DNA of 64,000 nt from assembly GCA_016704435.1 (NCBI GenBank), contig JADJAB010000018.1, positions 3,436 through 67,435 on the forward strand. The letters are read 5' to 3'. Source of the DNA: Rhodobacter sp. (lineage in GTDB: Bacteria > Pseudomonadota > Alphaproteobacteria > Rhodobacterales > Rhodobacteraceae). A program made the translations under genes and the position numbers. Below the pieces are notes generated by a model. It did no database searches and had not been told where the DNA came from. It was given only the letters and a program-made list of their open reading frames with translations. Below, piece after piece: positions 51,317-61,117 of the stretch (the stretch's first letter is position 1; each line of letters begins with the position of its first letter).

Positions 51317-52089
51317 TGGGGTTCGGCCCGGCCCCGCAGTCTGCGGCGGAAGGCGCGACCCTGGCGAATTCGGCGCCGCGGCGAGACAGGCGGCTGCGCG
51401 CGGCCGCTGTGGCCGAGGTGACGCTGGCCTGGTCGGGGCGGGTGGATGCTCTGGAGGATGCCGCCGACACCCGGTTGGCGGCGGCGCCGGGCGCCGTTCC
51501 GGCCGGGCAGCGGCTTGCCGTGACGGCGGCCTTTGCCGGGCGGGTGAACCTTGGGGCAACGCGGCCGGGGATGATGCGGATCGACGTGGCGGCGATCAGC
51601 GCGCCGAACCGGGTGCATCCGGCGATCACGCTGGCAACCTTGCCTCCGCTGATGCGGGTGGCGCCGGGCTCGCTGTGCGGGACGGCGAAGATCATCTTCC
51701 CTGTCGTGCCTGAGTCAGAGAGGCGGGCGGACGGCACGGCGGGGGCGGCGGGGGCGGCGGCGAAGGTGCTGATCCTGACCGGCTCGGTCGGGCCAGACCT
51801 GCACGATGCCGCGCGCAAGGCGCTGCGCCGGGACGGCGGGCAGGTCCTGCGCTTTGGCATGCCGGTCGATCCGCGCAACCTGCCGTTCCCTGGCCGGCAG
51901 ACCGACCGGCGCCCGGTGATCGGCCGGCCCGGATGTGCCAGCGGCCCGGCGCTGACCGGTGCCGGCCGGGTGCCGGAGCGGCTGGCCTGGGGCCTGGAGG
52001 GGATGGCTGACGACATCTCGGCCACAGGCATGGCCGGGTTGCTGAAGAAGACCGCGATCCGCCCGCAACCGCGCAGGCCCCGGCCATGA
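51316..52089 (+). pseudogene. degenerate molybdopterin-binding (MoeA/CoxI-like) protein, in-frame but eroded
   Basis: MGFGPAP..AEGATLA start, then AFAGRVNL, ITLATLP, VLILTGS, RFGMPVDP and GRPGCA. 257 aa with in-frame gaps and changed conserved residues. Confidence 0.65.
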
Positions 52090-53048
52090 CGCGCCGTTGG
52101 CTTGCCGCATTGGCCGCGCTTGCGCTGGCCGCGCCGCCCCTCGCAGCCGACCCGCCGCCGCTGTCGGGGCAGAGCGACCCCGCCTTCCAGGCCGCACGCG
52201 ACCTGTGGCTGGACGGCAAGGAGGCCGAGGCATTGCCGGCGCTGGCCGGGCTGGCCGCAGGCGGGAATGCGGCAGCGCAGGTGCTGCTGGGCCTGATCGA
52301 CACCACGCCGCAGTATCAGGGGCCCTGGTTGTCCGCCCAGCCGCGGGCCGAGCGGATCGCACTTCTGCGCGCGCCGGGCGGGCTTTCGGGGCGGAACTGG
52401 ATGCGCGAGGCCGCACTGACCGAGCCGCTGGCCCAGGCCTGGCTGCGGCTGTGGGATGGCGACGCCGATGTGCAGGTGATGCTCGATTTCGCCGCGATGG
52501 ACGAGGTGCATGCCGCCCATGTCGCGGCCAAGCGGCTGGCCCGGCGCGACCGCAAGGGTTTTGGCGCGGTGGCGGATGATCCGGACTTCCCCGCCTTCGC
52601 GCGGGCGCTTGCCATCCGCGACTGGCAGACCGGCGATCCGGCGCGGGCAGAGGCCGCGCTGGCGGCCTTGCCTGGCGCCGATCCGGGCCGCGCGCTGCTG
52701 GGCCGCCACGATCCGGCGCCCGATGCGCTGCTGGACCTTGCCGCCAGCGATCCGGCGCTGGGTCTTCTGGACCTGCACCTGCGCGTGGTCTGCCCCGGCC
52801 CCGATGGCCGCGCCGAGCGGCTGGCCACGGCGTTGAAGATGATCGGCGGCTGGTGGGGGCTTGCCGACCTCGGTCCGCCCGCCGAGACGCTGGTGGACCG
52901 GCAGACCTGGGTAGCCTCGGCGCAAGGCATCACGGCCTTCATCAACGTCCTGCCGGACATCGCCCCGACGGCGGACCCGCCCGGCGACGACCTCTGCCTG
53001 GGCCATCTGGCCGGTCTCTCGACGATCCGGCGGCAGGGCGGCGAATGA
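52086..53048 (+). CDS. hypothetical secreted protein
   Basis: Signal peptide MTRRWLAALAALALAAPPLAA. ATGA overlap with the upstream gene. Codon usage is gene-like. Confidence 0.65.
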   Translation: MTRRWLAALAALALAAPPLAADPPPLSGQSDPAFQAARDLWLDGKEAEALPALAGLAAGGNAAAQVLLGLIDTTPQYQGPWLSAQPRAERIALLRAPGGLSGRNWMREAALTEPLAQAWLRLWDGDADVQVMLDFAAMDEVHAAHVAAKRLARRDRKGFGAVADDPDFPAFARALAIRDWQTGDPARAEAALAALPGADPGRALLGRHDPAPDALLDLAASDPALGLLDLHLRVVCPGPDGRAERLATALKMIGGWWGLADLGPPAETLVDRQTWVASAQGITAFINVLPDIAPTADPPGDDLCLGHLAGLSTIRRQGGE

Positions 53049-53105
53049 AGAAGGGGGCCGCAAGGCACCCTTTGTCCAGGCACCGCCGGAGACGGGCCAG
53101 GCCGC

Positions 53106-53648
53106 CTAGCGCGGCCCGATCATCATCACCATCTGGCGGCCTTCCAGCCGTGGCATCGACTCGACCTTGCCATTCTCGCCCACATCGGCGGCGACCCGGT
53201 TCAGCAACTCCAGCCCCAGTTCCTGGTGCGCCATCTCGCGCCCCCGGAACCGCAGCGTGACCTTGACCTTGTCACCTTCGCCCAGGAACTTCAGCACCGA
53301 GCGCATCTTCACGTCATAATCATGCGTGTCGGTGCCGGGGCGGAACTTGATTTCCTTGATCTCGATGACCTTCTGCTTCTTGCGGGCCTCGGCCTCTTTC
53401 TTCTGGGTCTCGTACTTGAACTTGCCGAAGTCCATGATCTTGCAGACCGGTGGCTCGGCATTGGGCGAGATCTCGACAAGGTCCAGCCCCGCCTCTTCTG
53501 CCATCTGCATGGCGCGGGCAGGGGTCACGACCCCGACGTTCTCGCCATCGGCGCCGATCAGGCGGATTTCATTGGAACGGATGCGGTCATTGATGCGCGG
53601 GCCGGAATCGCGGTTAGGCGGCGGCGCATTGTGCGGTCTGCGGGCTAT
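53106..53648 (-). CDS. infC: translation initiation factor IF-3, ATA start codon
   Basis: [10 protein letters not shown]...PRINDRIR...[26 protein letters not shown]...EIKFRP. In-frame ATA at 53648 after GAAGGGA. Confidence 0.95.
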   Translation of the reverse strand: MARRPHNAPPPNRDSGPRINDRIRSNEIRLIGADGENVGVVTPARAMQMAEEAGLDLVEISPNAEPPVCKIMDFGKFKYETQKKEAEARKKQKVIEIKEIKFRPGTDTHDYDVKMRSVLKFLGEGDKVKVTLRFRGREMAHQELGLELLNRVAADVGENGKVESMPRLEGRQMVMMIGPR

Positions 53649-53874
53649 GGTGATGGTCCCTTCGGCTGTTGATGGAATGGCGCGCGCAATCTACGCGCAA
53701 GGGCGGGCCGGTTCAACCCCGGCAAAGCTGTCCCGGCAAAAGCGGCAGGCGAGCCTTGCGGGAAAGCGCCAAGCGGCGGGCTGGCATGGGAATTCGGGCC
53801 AGAGTCCCTTTTCATTCCGCCGCTTCAGTGCCATATCGCATTCATCCGGTTCTCTGCCGGCAAGGGAGAATGAC

Positions 53875-54369
53875 ATGAACAAGAACGTTATCATTGGTGC
53901 CGTGGTGGTTCTTCTTGCCGCTGGCGGCTACTATCAGTTCAGCTACAAGCCGGCGCAGGAAGCTGCGGCCATGGTAGAGGCTGCCAAGGTGAAGGCCGAG
54001 GCCGATGCCAAGGCCGCCGAAGAGGCCGCCGCTGCCGCAAAGGCCGCCGAGGAAGAGCTCGCGAAAGCCGCTGAAGCTACCGCTGCCGCTGTGACCGAAG
54101 GTGCAGCCGCTACCGTCGAAGCTGCCGGCGATGCAGTTGCCGACACCACCGCTGCCGCGGGCGATGCCGCGACCGGAGCGACGGAGGGCGCCATGGCCGC
54201 GCTGGACCCGGCCAACTTCAACGCCGATGCCGTTGTCGCGCTGATCGACGGCTCGACGCTGGATGACGCGATCAAAGGCACGCTGAAGACCGCGGTCGAG
54301 GCTGCCAAGGCCAATCCGGCGCTGGTCGCCGACACCATTGCGCAGGTCAAGGCCGCACTGGGCATGTGA
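53875..54369 (+). CDS. Ala-rich membrane-anchored hypothetical protein
   Basis: AGGGAG RBS, N-terminal TM helix and conserved-looking tail LDPANFNADAVVALIDGS. Confidence 0.75.
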   Translation: MNKNVIIGAVVVLLAAGGYYQFSYKPAQEAAAMVEAAKVKAEADAKAAEEAAAAAKAAEEELAKAAEATAAAVTEGAAATVEAAGDAVADTTAAAGDAATGATEGAMAALDPANFNADAVVALIDGSTLDDAIKGTLKTAVEAAKANPALVADTIAQVKAALGM

Positions 54370-54462
54370 TCGCGCCGCGCGGCTGGGTGAAGAACCTTCC
54401 GCAAGGCATTGAATCAAGGGGTCGCGGGGGAAAACCTCTGCGGCCCCTTTGGGTTCTGCGGG

Positions 54463-54969
54463 TCAGGCCAGACGCCCTTCGCTGTCGATCACCCGCAACG
54501 CCCCGTCCCACTGCCACAGCACCAGATTGCGCGCGCCGGGTTTCACGCCTCTGGCGAACGAGGGCACGATCATCCCCACCCAGCCCGTGCCGATCAGCCG
54601 CTCTGCCAGAAGCTGCCCGGCCGAGGCCCCATCCTCGCGCGCCCGGATCCGCCAGTCGTCGGCCGACAGAACCGCCGGATCAATGCCAAGCGCGTCCAGC
54701 GCAGCCGCATCGCAGCCATCCAGCACCGGGCCGAGGTCCGCCTCATAGGCGACCAGGGTGACCGGCTCGAACGGGCGGCCGGCCTGATTGGCCTCTGCAA
54801 TCGCGCCCTCGGGCGTCAACGCGGTATAAAGCGCCGACGTGCCCTTGCGGTTGAACCGCCCGCCATGCCGACGCGCGCCTTCGCCCGACAGCGGCTGGCG
54901 CATCCACAAGGGGTTCAGCGCGCGGTAAAGCACGCCCTGAAAGCGCGGCTCGGCGGCAAGCTCAGGCAA
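54463..54969 (-). CDS. RES-domain toxin
   Basis: LYRA, GGRFN..G..ALYTA, AIAE and GMIVPS (R-E-S residues). Overlaps the antitoxin stop. Confidence 0.88.
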   Translation of the reverse strand: MPELAAEPRFQGVLYRALNPLWMRQPLSGEGARRHGGRFNRKGTSALYTALTPEGAIAEANQAGRPFEPVTLVAYEADLGPVLDGCDAAALDALGIDPAVLSADDWRIRAREDGASAGQLLAERLIGTGWVGMIVPSFARGVKPGARNLVLWQWDGALRVIDSEGRLA

Positions 54970-55312
54970 AGCCGCCCGCGTCGATCTCGTCGATATACTC
55001 CATCACCGCCTCGGCCTGGCCATCCTGCACCAGCCGCGCCGCCGTCATGCCGCCAAAGCCGGGCAGCGGTTCCGAGCGATACCAGGCATAGGCCACCAAG
55101 GCCGAGCCGAAGCGCGGCGTCAGCCGGTTCACCACCTCGATCATCTCGCGCAGGCGGGTCTGGGTGCGGGCCGACCCCAGCCGGTCCTTGCGCGCAATCG
55201 CATCGCGCCCCAGACCGGCGGTGCGGGCGATCTCGTCCTGCGTGGTCAGCAGTTCCTCGGCCAGAAGGCGCGGCGAGAACAGCGATTTCTCGGTGAAAGC
55301 GGCGATGTTCAT
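54962..55312 (-). CDS. Xre/MbcA/ParS-type antitoxin
   Basis: N-terminal HTH (TQDEIARTAGLG) and C-terminal AYAWYRSEPLPGFGGMTAARLV. Confidence 0.88.
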   Translation of the reverse strand: MNIAAFTEKSLFSPRLLAEELLTTQDEIARTAGLGRDAIARKDRLGSARTQTRLREMIEVVNRLTPRFGSALVAYAWYRSEPLPGFGGMTAARLVQDGQAEAVMEYIDEIDAGGFA

Positions 55313-55388
55313 TGCGGGTCTCCACAAATACTGACGGTAATATACGTCAATCCGTGTGGGTTTTCAAGGCTGGCGATTCGCCCTTGCG

Positions 55389-56225
55389 TCAGATGCCGTC
55401 GCCGACGAACGCCTTTTCGACGACAAATTCCTTCGGATCGGAATTCGCCCCCTCGCGCAGGCCGAAGCCTTCGAGAATCGCCTTGACATCGACGTTGAAG
55501 GCCAGCGATCCGCAGACCATGGCGCGGTCATCGACCGGGTTCATCTGGCGAAGGCCCAGATCGGCAAAGACCTTTCCGCTGGCCAGGTTGTCCGTCACCC
55601 GACCCATATGGGGGGAAGCCTCGCGCGTGGTCGTCGGATAATACAGCAGCTTTCCCGCCACCATCTCGCCGATCAGCGGGTCGTTCTGCAGCCCCTCGAC
55701 CAGCTGTCGGCCATATTCCAGCTCCGCCACCTCGCGGCAGGTGTGCATCATGATGACCTGGTCGAACTTCTCATAGACCTCCGGGTCGCGCATCAGCGAG
55801 GCAAAGGGCGCCAGTCCGGTGCCGGTGGCCAGGAACCAGATGCGCTTGCCCGGCATCAGCGCATCCACCACCAGCGTGCCCACGGGCTTGGGCCGCAGGA
55901 TGATCTCGTCGCCCACCTTGATATGCTGCAAACGGCTGGTCAGCGGGCCATCCGGCACCTTGATCGAATAGAACTCCAGCTCTTCGTCCCAGGACGGCGA
56001 GGCGATGGAATAGGCCCTGAGCAGCGGCTTGCCCTTGTCATCCATCAGCCCGATCATCACGAATTCGCCCGAGCGGAAGCGCAAGCTTTGCGGCCGCGTC
56101 ACCCGGAACGAAAACAGCCGGTCGGTCCAATGGGTGACCTCCTTGACCACCTGCGCATCCGGCAGATGCGGTTTCGCGGGGCGCGTGTTCACTTCGGGGG
56201 CATTCATCGCGGCAAGCTCCGTCAT
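55389..56225 (-). CDS. fpr: ferredoxin-NADP+ reductase
   Basis: HWTDRLFSF, RAYSIAS, GPLTSRL, TGTGLAPF and FVVEKAFV motifs. Confidence 0.95.
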   Translation of the reverse strand: MTELAAMNAPEVNTRPAKPHLPDAQVVKEVTHWTDRLFSFRVTRPQSLRFRSGEFVMIGLMDDKGKPLLRAYSIASPSWDEELEFYSIKVPDGPLTSRLQHIKVGDEIILRPKPVGTLVVDALMPGKRIWFLATGTGLAPFASLMRDPEVYEKFDQVIMMHTCREVAELEYGRQLVEGLQNDPLIGEMVAGKLLYYPTTTREASPHMGRVTDNLASGKVFADLGLRQMNPVDDRAMVCGSLAFNVDVKAILEGFGLREGANSDPKEFVVEKAFVGDGI

Positions 56226-56331
56226 GGCCATCGGCCCTTCCTAGACGACTGGGCCGCAGAGGAAAACCCGTTCCCGCTGCGGCGGATGTTCATATGTGTG
56301 CATACAAGAACTGCGCCGCCGCGTCCAGCGA

Positions 56332-56736
56332 TCAGGCGCGCAGCCGGGCCTGGTAGTCATGCACGCGCCAGTCGGCACGCGCTTTCCACTGCTCCCAGGG
56401 CTGGCGGGCGGCGATCTCGTCGGGGATCTCGGCGCCGTCGAACCCGACACGGCGCAGCATCGCATACTGGTCTGCGATCACCGGCCCAAGGGCCAGCAAC
56501 TGCCCGGCATATCCCAGCATCCGCAGCCGCCGCGCGATGGTGAAGGCGCGGCCGTCGCTGAAGGCCGGAAAGGCCACCCGGATCAGCGCCAGCTTCCCCA
56601 GAACGCCCTGCAGCGCCTCGGGGTCGTCGGTCTGCGCCAGATCCACGGCAGTATCTTCCGGTCCAAGATCGGCCAAAGCCCTGATCTCGCGGGCGGGGGC
56701 GGCGGCAAAGCCGGTGTCAGTGACGATCACGCTCAT
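56332..56736 (-). CDS. DUF934-family protein
   Basis: FPAFSDGRAFTIARRLR and DQYAMLRRVGFD motifs, within the cys operon. Confidence 0.9.
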   Translation of the reverse strand: MSVIVTDTGFAAAPAREIRALADLGPEDTAVDLAQTDDPEALQGVLGKLALIRVAFPAFSDGRAFTIARRLRMLGYAGQLLALGPVIADQYAMLRRVGFDGAEIPDEIAARQPWEQWKARADWRVHDYQARLRA

Positions 56737-56756
56737 CCCCGGCCTCCTCTCCGCAT

Positions 56757-56800
56757 CGAAATCCGTTCGAACGAATTTGCGAATTCCTTCGAAGAAATCT
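56757..56800. repeat. intergenic palindromic repeat family C, copy 2
   Basis: TCGAAATCCGTTCGAACGAATTTGCGAATTCCTTCGAAGAAATCT. Confidence 0.65.
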
Positions 56801-56809
56801 GGCTCCTGT

Positions 56810-57559
56810 TCATGCCGCGCTCTCCTTCTGTGGTCTCACGGCCTTGCCGTCGATGAAATGGATGCCGCATTCGGTTTTCGCCTGCCCGCGCCAGCGTCCG
56901 GCGCGCGGGTCTTCCCCAGGCGCAACGGGGCTGGTGCAGGGCGTGCAGCCGATCGAGGGGTAGCCCTTGGCCACCAGAGGGTGACGGGGCAGGCGGTTAT
57001 TGACGATGTAATCGGCAATATCCTCGCGGCCCCAATGCGCCAAGGGGTTCACCTTGATGCGGAAATCGTCTTCGTTCTCGAAGAAGTCCAGCGCGCCGCG
57101 GTCGGCATTCTGAAACCGTTTCCGCCCGGTGATCCAGCCGTCAAAACCCGCCAGCGCACGTTCCAGCGGCTCGATCTTGCGGACCGCGCAGCAGGCATCG
57201 GTGTTGAACTGGTGCAGCGTGTTGTCGGGGTCTTCAAAAGCCACCTTCGGCTGGGTCGCCCGGATGGTGCGGACGTCGCACAGGTGCAGGGACTCGGCCA
57301 GTTGGCGCTGATAGTCCAGCGTTTCGGCAAACAGCATGCGGGTATCGATGAACAGCACCGGGGTTTCAGGGGCCATCACCGAGACCAGATGCAGCAGAAC
57401 CACCGATTCCGCCCCGAACGAGCTGACCAGCGCCACCCGCCCCAGATCGGCGTCCTTCAGGGCATGTTCCAGCACCGCAGTGGCCGAATGATGGCGATAG
57501 CGCGCGTTCAGCGCGGCCACGCGATCCGCCACGGGGCCGGAATGCAGGTCACGCGGCAT
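56810..57559 (-). CDS. cysH: (P)APS reductase
   Basis: SSFGAES, CCAVRK, ITGRKRFQ, GYPSIGC and KTECGIH motifs. Confidence 0.95.
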   Translation of the reverse strand: MPRDLHSGPVADRVAALNARYRHHSATAVLEHALKDADLGRVALVSSFGAESVVLLHLVSVMAPETPVLFIDTRMLFAETLDYQRQLAESLHLCDVRTIRATQPKVAFEDPDNTLHQFNTDACCAVRKIEPLERALAGFDGWITGRKRFQNADRGALDFFENEDDFRIKVNPLAHWGREDIADYIVNNRLPRHPLVAKGYPSIGCTPCTSPVAPGEDPRAGRWRGQAKTECGIHFIDGKAVRPQKESAA

Positions 57560-59216
57560 CGCGCGCCGCCTCGCCATAAAGCGCGTGCTTGAAAGGCTCC
57601 ATCCCGACGCGCCTGAACGCCTGCAGGAAGGTTTCCTCGACCGACAGCCGCAAGCCCAGATAGGCCCGCAAGATACGCTCCACCGCGCCCGTCACCTGAT
57701 CATAGGCAAAACCGGGACCAGTCTTGTCGCCGACCACCGCATCTTCGGTGCCGTCGCCGCCCAGGGTGATCTGGTAGTTCTCCACCCCGGCACGGTCCAG
57801 ACCCAGGATGCCGATATGGCCGACATGATGGTGCCCGCAGGCGTTGATGCAGCCCGAGATCTTGATCTTCAGCGGCCCGACTTCTTCCTCCAGCCCGACC
57901 TCGCGCAGCCGCAGCGCGATTTCCTGCGCCACCGGGATCGAGCGGGCCGTGGCCAGCGCGCAGTAATCCATCCCCGGGCAGGCGATGATGTCGCTGACCA
58001 GGCCGACATTCGCCGTCGCCAGCCCGGCCTGCATCAGTGCTGCATGCAGGGTGGGCAGGTCGGACTTGTGGACATGCGGCAGGATGACATTCTGCTCATG
58101 GCTGATGCGGATTTCGTTGTGGCCATAACGTTCCGCAAGATCGGCGATCAGCCGCATCTGTTCGGCCGTGGCATCGCCGGGTGTCGTGCCATGCGCCTTC
58201 AGGCTGATGGTGACGATGGCATGGGCTGCGTCGCGGTGGGCGGCAAGGTTGGTGTCGGCCCAGGCACGGAAGGTCGGGTCGGCCTTGTGAAACGCGTCAA
58301 ACGCCCCGACAGGCGCATCGCGCAAGACGGGTGCCGCAAAGGCCGCGCGGATGTCGTCCAACAGCCGCTGATCCGCCCCGCCGAACTGGCTGCGCAGCTC
58401 AGCAAACCGCTCTTCGATCATCCGGGAAATCTCTGCCTTCCCAGTCTCATGCAGGGTGATCTTGATGCGTGCCTTGTACTTGTTGTCGCGCCGCCCCAGC
58501 GTGTTGTAGACGCTGAGAACCGCCTCGACATAGGGCAAGAGATCGGCCACCGGCAGGAACTCTCGCACCACCATCCCCACCATCGGCGTGCGGCCAAGCC
58601 CGCCGCCGACCAGAACGGTGAAGCCCGGCTCGCCAGCCGCATTCCGCACCATCCGCAGCCCGATGTCATGCGCTCCGGTCACCGCGCGGTCATTCGGCGC
58701 CCCGGTGATGGCGATCTTGAACTTGCGCGGCAGGAACTGGAATTCGGGGTGGTCGGTGGACCATTGGCGGAGGAGTTCGGCGTAAGGACGCGGGTCTTCG
58801 ATCTCATCCGCCGCAGCGCCGGCGAAATGATCTGCCGTGACGTTCCTCACGCAATTGCCGGAGGTCTGGATCGCGTGCATCCCCACATCGGCCAGAAGGC
58901 CCAGAATGGCCGGCACATCGGGCAGATTCGGCCAGTTGAACTGGATGTTCTGCCGGGTGGTGAAATGGCCGTAGCCCTTGTCATGGGTCTCGGCGATATG
59001 GGCCAGCTGCCGCATCTGGCGCGGATTGATCGTGCCGTAAGGAATGGCGACACGCAGCATGTAGGCGTGCAGTTGCAGGTAAAGCCCGTTCATCAGGCGC
59101 AAGGGGCGGAACTCTTCCTCGGTCAAGCTGCCATCCAGCCGCCGCTCCACCTGGTCCGAGAACTGGGCCACGCGGGCGCGGACGAATGCGTCGTCGAAGT
59201 CGGTATAGTCATACAT
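57549..59216 (-). CDS. cysI: sulfite reductase hemoprotein (ferredoxin-dependent type)
   Basis: RLMNGLYLQLHAYMLR, TTRQNIQ, TSGNCVRN, LPRKFKI, ACPGMDYC and SGCINACG motifs. Confidence 0.93.
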   Translation of the reverse strand: MYDYTDFDDAFVRARVAQFSDQVERRLDGSLTEEEFRPLRLMNGLYLQLHAYMLRVAIPYGTINPRQMRQLAHIAETHDKGYGHFTTRQNIQFNWPNLPDVPAILGLLADVGMHAIQTSGNCVRNVTADHFAGAAADEIEDPRPYAELLRQWSTDHPEFQFLPRKFKIAITGAPNDRAVTGAHDIGLRMVRNAAGEPGFTVLVGGGLGRTPMVGMVVREFLPVADLLPYVEAVLSVYNTLGRRDNKYKARIKITLHETGKAEISRMIEERFAELRSQFGGADQRLLDDIRAAFAAPVLRDAPVGAFDAFHKADPTFRAWADTNLAAHRDAAHAIVTISLKAHGTTPGDATAEQMRLIADLAERYGHNEIRISHEQNVILPHVHKSDLPTLHAALMQAGLATANVGLVSDIIACPGMDYCALATARSIPVAQEIALRLREVGLEEEVGPLKIKISGCINACGHHHVGHIGILGLDRAGVENYQITLGGDGTEDAVVGDKTGPGFAYDQVTGAVERILRAYLGLRLSVEETFLQAFRRVGMEPFKHALYGEAARDAA

Positions 59217-59517
59217 TGCGGTAGTCCGCCTGCTTGCCATGGGCATAGTTGGAGGGGCCACGGGTGCGGAACGCCTCGCGGAAATGGGTGGGCTCTGGGC
59301 CCTTCGGGCCGGGTCTTGCGTCCGCCAGATAGGCCCCGACGACGACCAGCTTCTGCGCATTGGCGTGCAGTAGCCGCATCTGGGCATGCGCCTCGTCCTC
59401 GATCAGCTCGGCCTCGTGGTGATGCGGGGTCCAGCGATCATCGGCGGCAAGGTAGACCACATCGCCCGCGCGCAGGGCATTGGCGGTGACGACCTTGGGG
59501 GTGAATGCACGGCTCAT
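59209..59517 (-). CDS. DUF2849-family protein
   Basis: VTANALRAGDVVYL and HFREAFRTRGPS motifs, in the cys operon. Confidence 0.9.
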   Translation of the reverse strand: MSRAFTPKVVTANALRAGDVVYLAADDRWTPHHHEAELIEDEAHAQMRLLHANAQKLVVVGAYLADARPGPKGPEPTHFREAFRTRGPSNYAHGKQADYRNV

Positions 59518-60266
59518 GCTTGCGCCTCCTTCAGCGGGCCCAGGGCAGGGGCGGCCGCGCGTGGGGCAAGGCCGTATAGCAGGATGGCGGGGCCGGTGGC
59601 ATCGGCCACGATGGCGGGCAGGGTGGCAAGTGAGGCGGCCAGAATGCGCTGATCGGCGCGGGAAGCGTTTTCAACCACGGTCACCGGCGTGGCCGGGTCG
59701 GCACCATGCATCATCAGCCGGCCCTGCAGGAAACGTGCGGATTTCTTGCCCATGTAGATCGCGGCGACCTCGCCGCTGCGGGCCAGGCCCTTCCAGTCCT
59801 GCTCGGCAAAGCCCTCCATCACATGGCCCGTGAGGATTCGCAGACCTGCGTTCCGACCCCGCCGTGTCAGGCTTTGGCCGATGGCGGCAGCGGCCGCCGA
59901 GGCCGTTGTCAGCCCCGGCAGGACGGCAAACGCCAGCCCCGCAGCCTCCAGCGCTGCGATTTCCTCATCCAGCCGCCCGAAGACGCCGCAGTCGCCGCCC
60001 TTCAACCGCACCACGCGGGCGCCGGTCCGCGCTTGCGCAACCAGAAGCGCATTGATCGCGGCTTGCGTGGTGGTCGGGCCGAACCCCTCCTTGCCGACAT
60101 CGACGCGCCGCACATGGTCCGGGATCAGCGCCAGCACCTCGTCCCCGACCAGCCGGTCGTGCAGGACGACTTCGGCCTCTTGCAGGGCTCTGGCGGCACC
60201 CAAGGTCAGGTGATCGGCCGCACCGGGGCCGGCACCAACGAACAGAACGGGAGAGGGCAGGGTCAT
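59514..60266 (-). CDS. cysG: uroporphyrinogen-III C-methyltransferase (CysG/CobA SUMT domain)
   Basis: VGAGPG, HDRLV, VGKEG, RLKGGD..VFGR and YMG motifs. Confidence 0.9.
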   Translation of the reverse strand: MTLPSPVLFVGAGPGAADHLTLGAARALQEAEVVLHDRLVGDEVLALIPDHVRRVDVGKEGFGPTTTQAAINALLVAQARTGARVVRLKGGDCGVFGRLDEEIAALEAAGLAFAVLPGLTTASAAAAAIGQSLTRRGRNAGLRILTGHVMEGFAEQDWKGLARSGEVAAIYMGKKSARFLQGRLMMHGADPATPVTVVENASRADQRILAASLATLPAIVADATGPAILLYGLAPRAAAPALGPLKEAQA

Positions 60267-60400
60267 GGCAGGGCCTTTCGCTTGTGCGGAATATAGGACA
60301 TTTTCCCGGATATTCGCCAGATACCCTTGCGGATAAGGACAAATGCTCCGATGCTGCGCCGAGCAGGAACAACGGTTCCGCAAATGAAGGATTTTCAGGA

Positions 60401-60862
60401 ATGGCCGCCGCGCTGGACGAACTCGACCGGAAAATTCTGTCCGAACTGCAAAAGGACGCCGAGCAATCGCTTGATGAAATTGCCCGCCGGGTGGGTTCGT
60501 CCAAGACCCCGGTCTGGAACCGCATCCGCAAGATGAAAGACCAGGGCGTCATCACCCGCACCACCGCGATCCTCGACCCCGAGGCGCTGGGGCTGGAGGC
60601 CTGCTTCTTCGTGCTGATCCGCACTTCGGAGCACGAGGCCGAATGGCAGCGCAAGTTCCTGAAGGCCCTCAAGGAACGCCCCGAAGTGATGGAAGCGCAC
60701 CGTCTGGCCGGCGACATCGATTATATCCTGAAGGTCCGGGTGAAGAACGCCCGCGCCTACGACACCTTCTACCAGGCGCTGATCTCGGAAGTGCGCATCT
60801 ACAACGTGACGGCCCTTCTGAGCATGGAAGAGATCAAGTCGACCACAACCCTTCCGCTCTGA
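60401..60862 (+). CDS. Lrp/AsnC-family regulator, divergent from the cys operon
   Basis: LDELDRKIL..LQKDA, WNRIRKM and HRLAGDIDYILKV motifs. Confidence 0.92.
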   Translation: MAAALDELDRKILSELQKDAEQSLDEIARRVGSSKTPVWNRIRKMKDQGVITRTTAILDPEALGLEACFFVLIRTSEHEAEWQRKFLKALKERPEVMEAHRLAGDIDYILKVRVKNARAYDTFYQALISEVRIYNVTALLSMEEIKSTTTLPL

Positions 60863-60868
60863 CCCCGA

Positions 60869-61117
60869 GCGGCGCAGCAATTGCGCGGCTTGCGCCGCAA
60901 GTCCTTCTTCTCGGCTCTGGCGTGCCGCCAACCGCCTCGGGCGTTGCCTCCGGCGGGAGTACTTCGACCAAGATGAAGTCCGAAACCCTTTGTCCTGGCT
61001 GATGCATCCCGGGGAGTTTGAGGGGCGGCGCCCCTCATCAGCCACGTCTGGATGCGGGTGCCACCGGCGGGGAACAAAAGACGCCTTGCGGCGGTAGCCG
61101 CGCAATTGCTTCACCGC
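60869..61117. repeat. cluster of intergenic repeats (family B at 60869-60904 and 61085-61117, family A at 60945-60978)
   Basis: Copies of GCGCAATTGCTTCACCGC and TGCCTCCGGCGGGAGTACTTCGACCAAGATGAAG between the convergent lrp and P450 genes. Confidence 0.75.
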
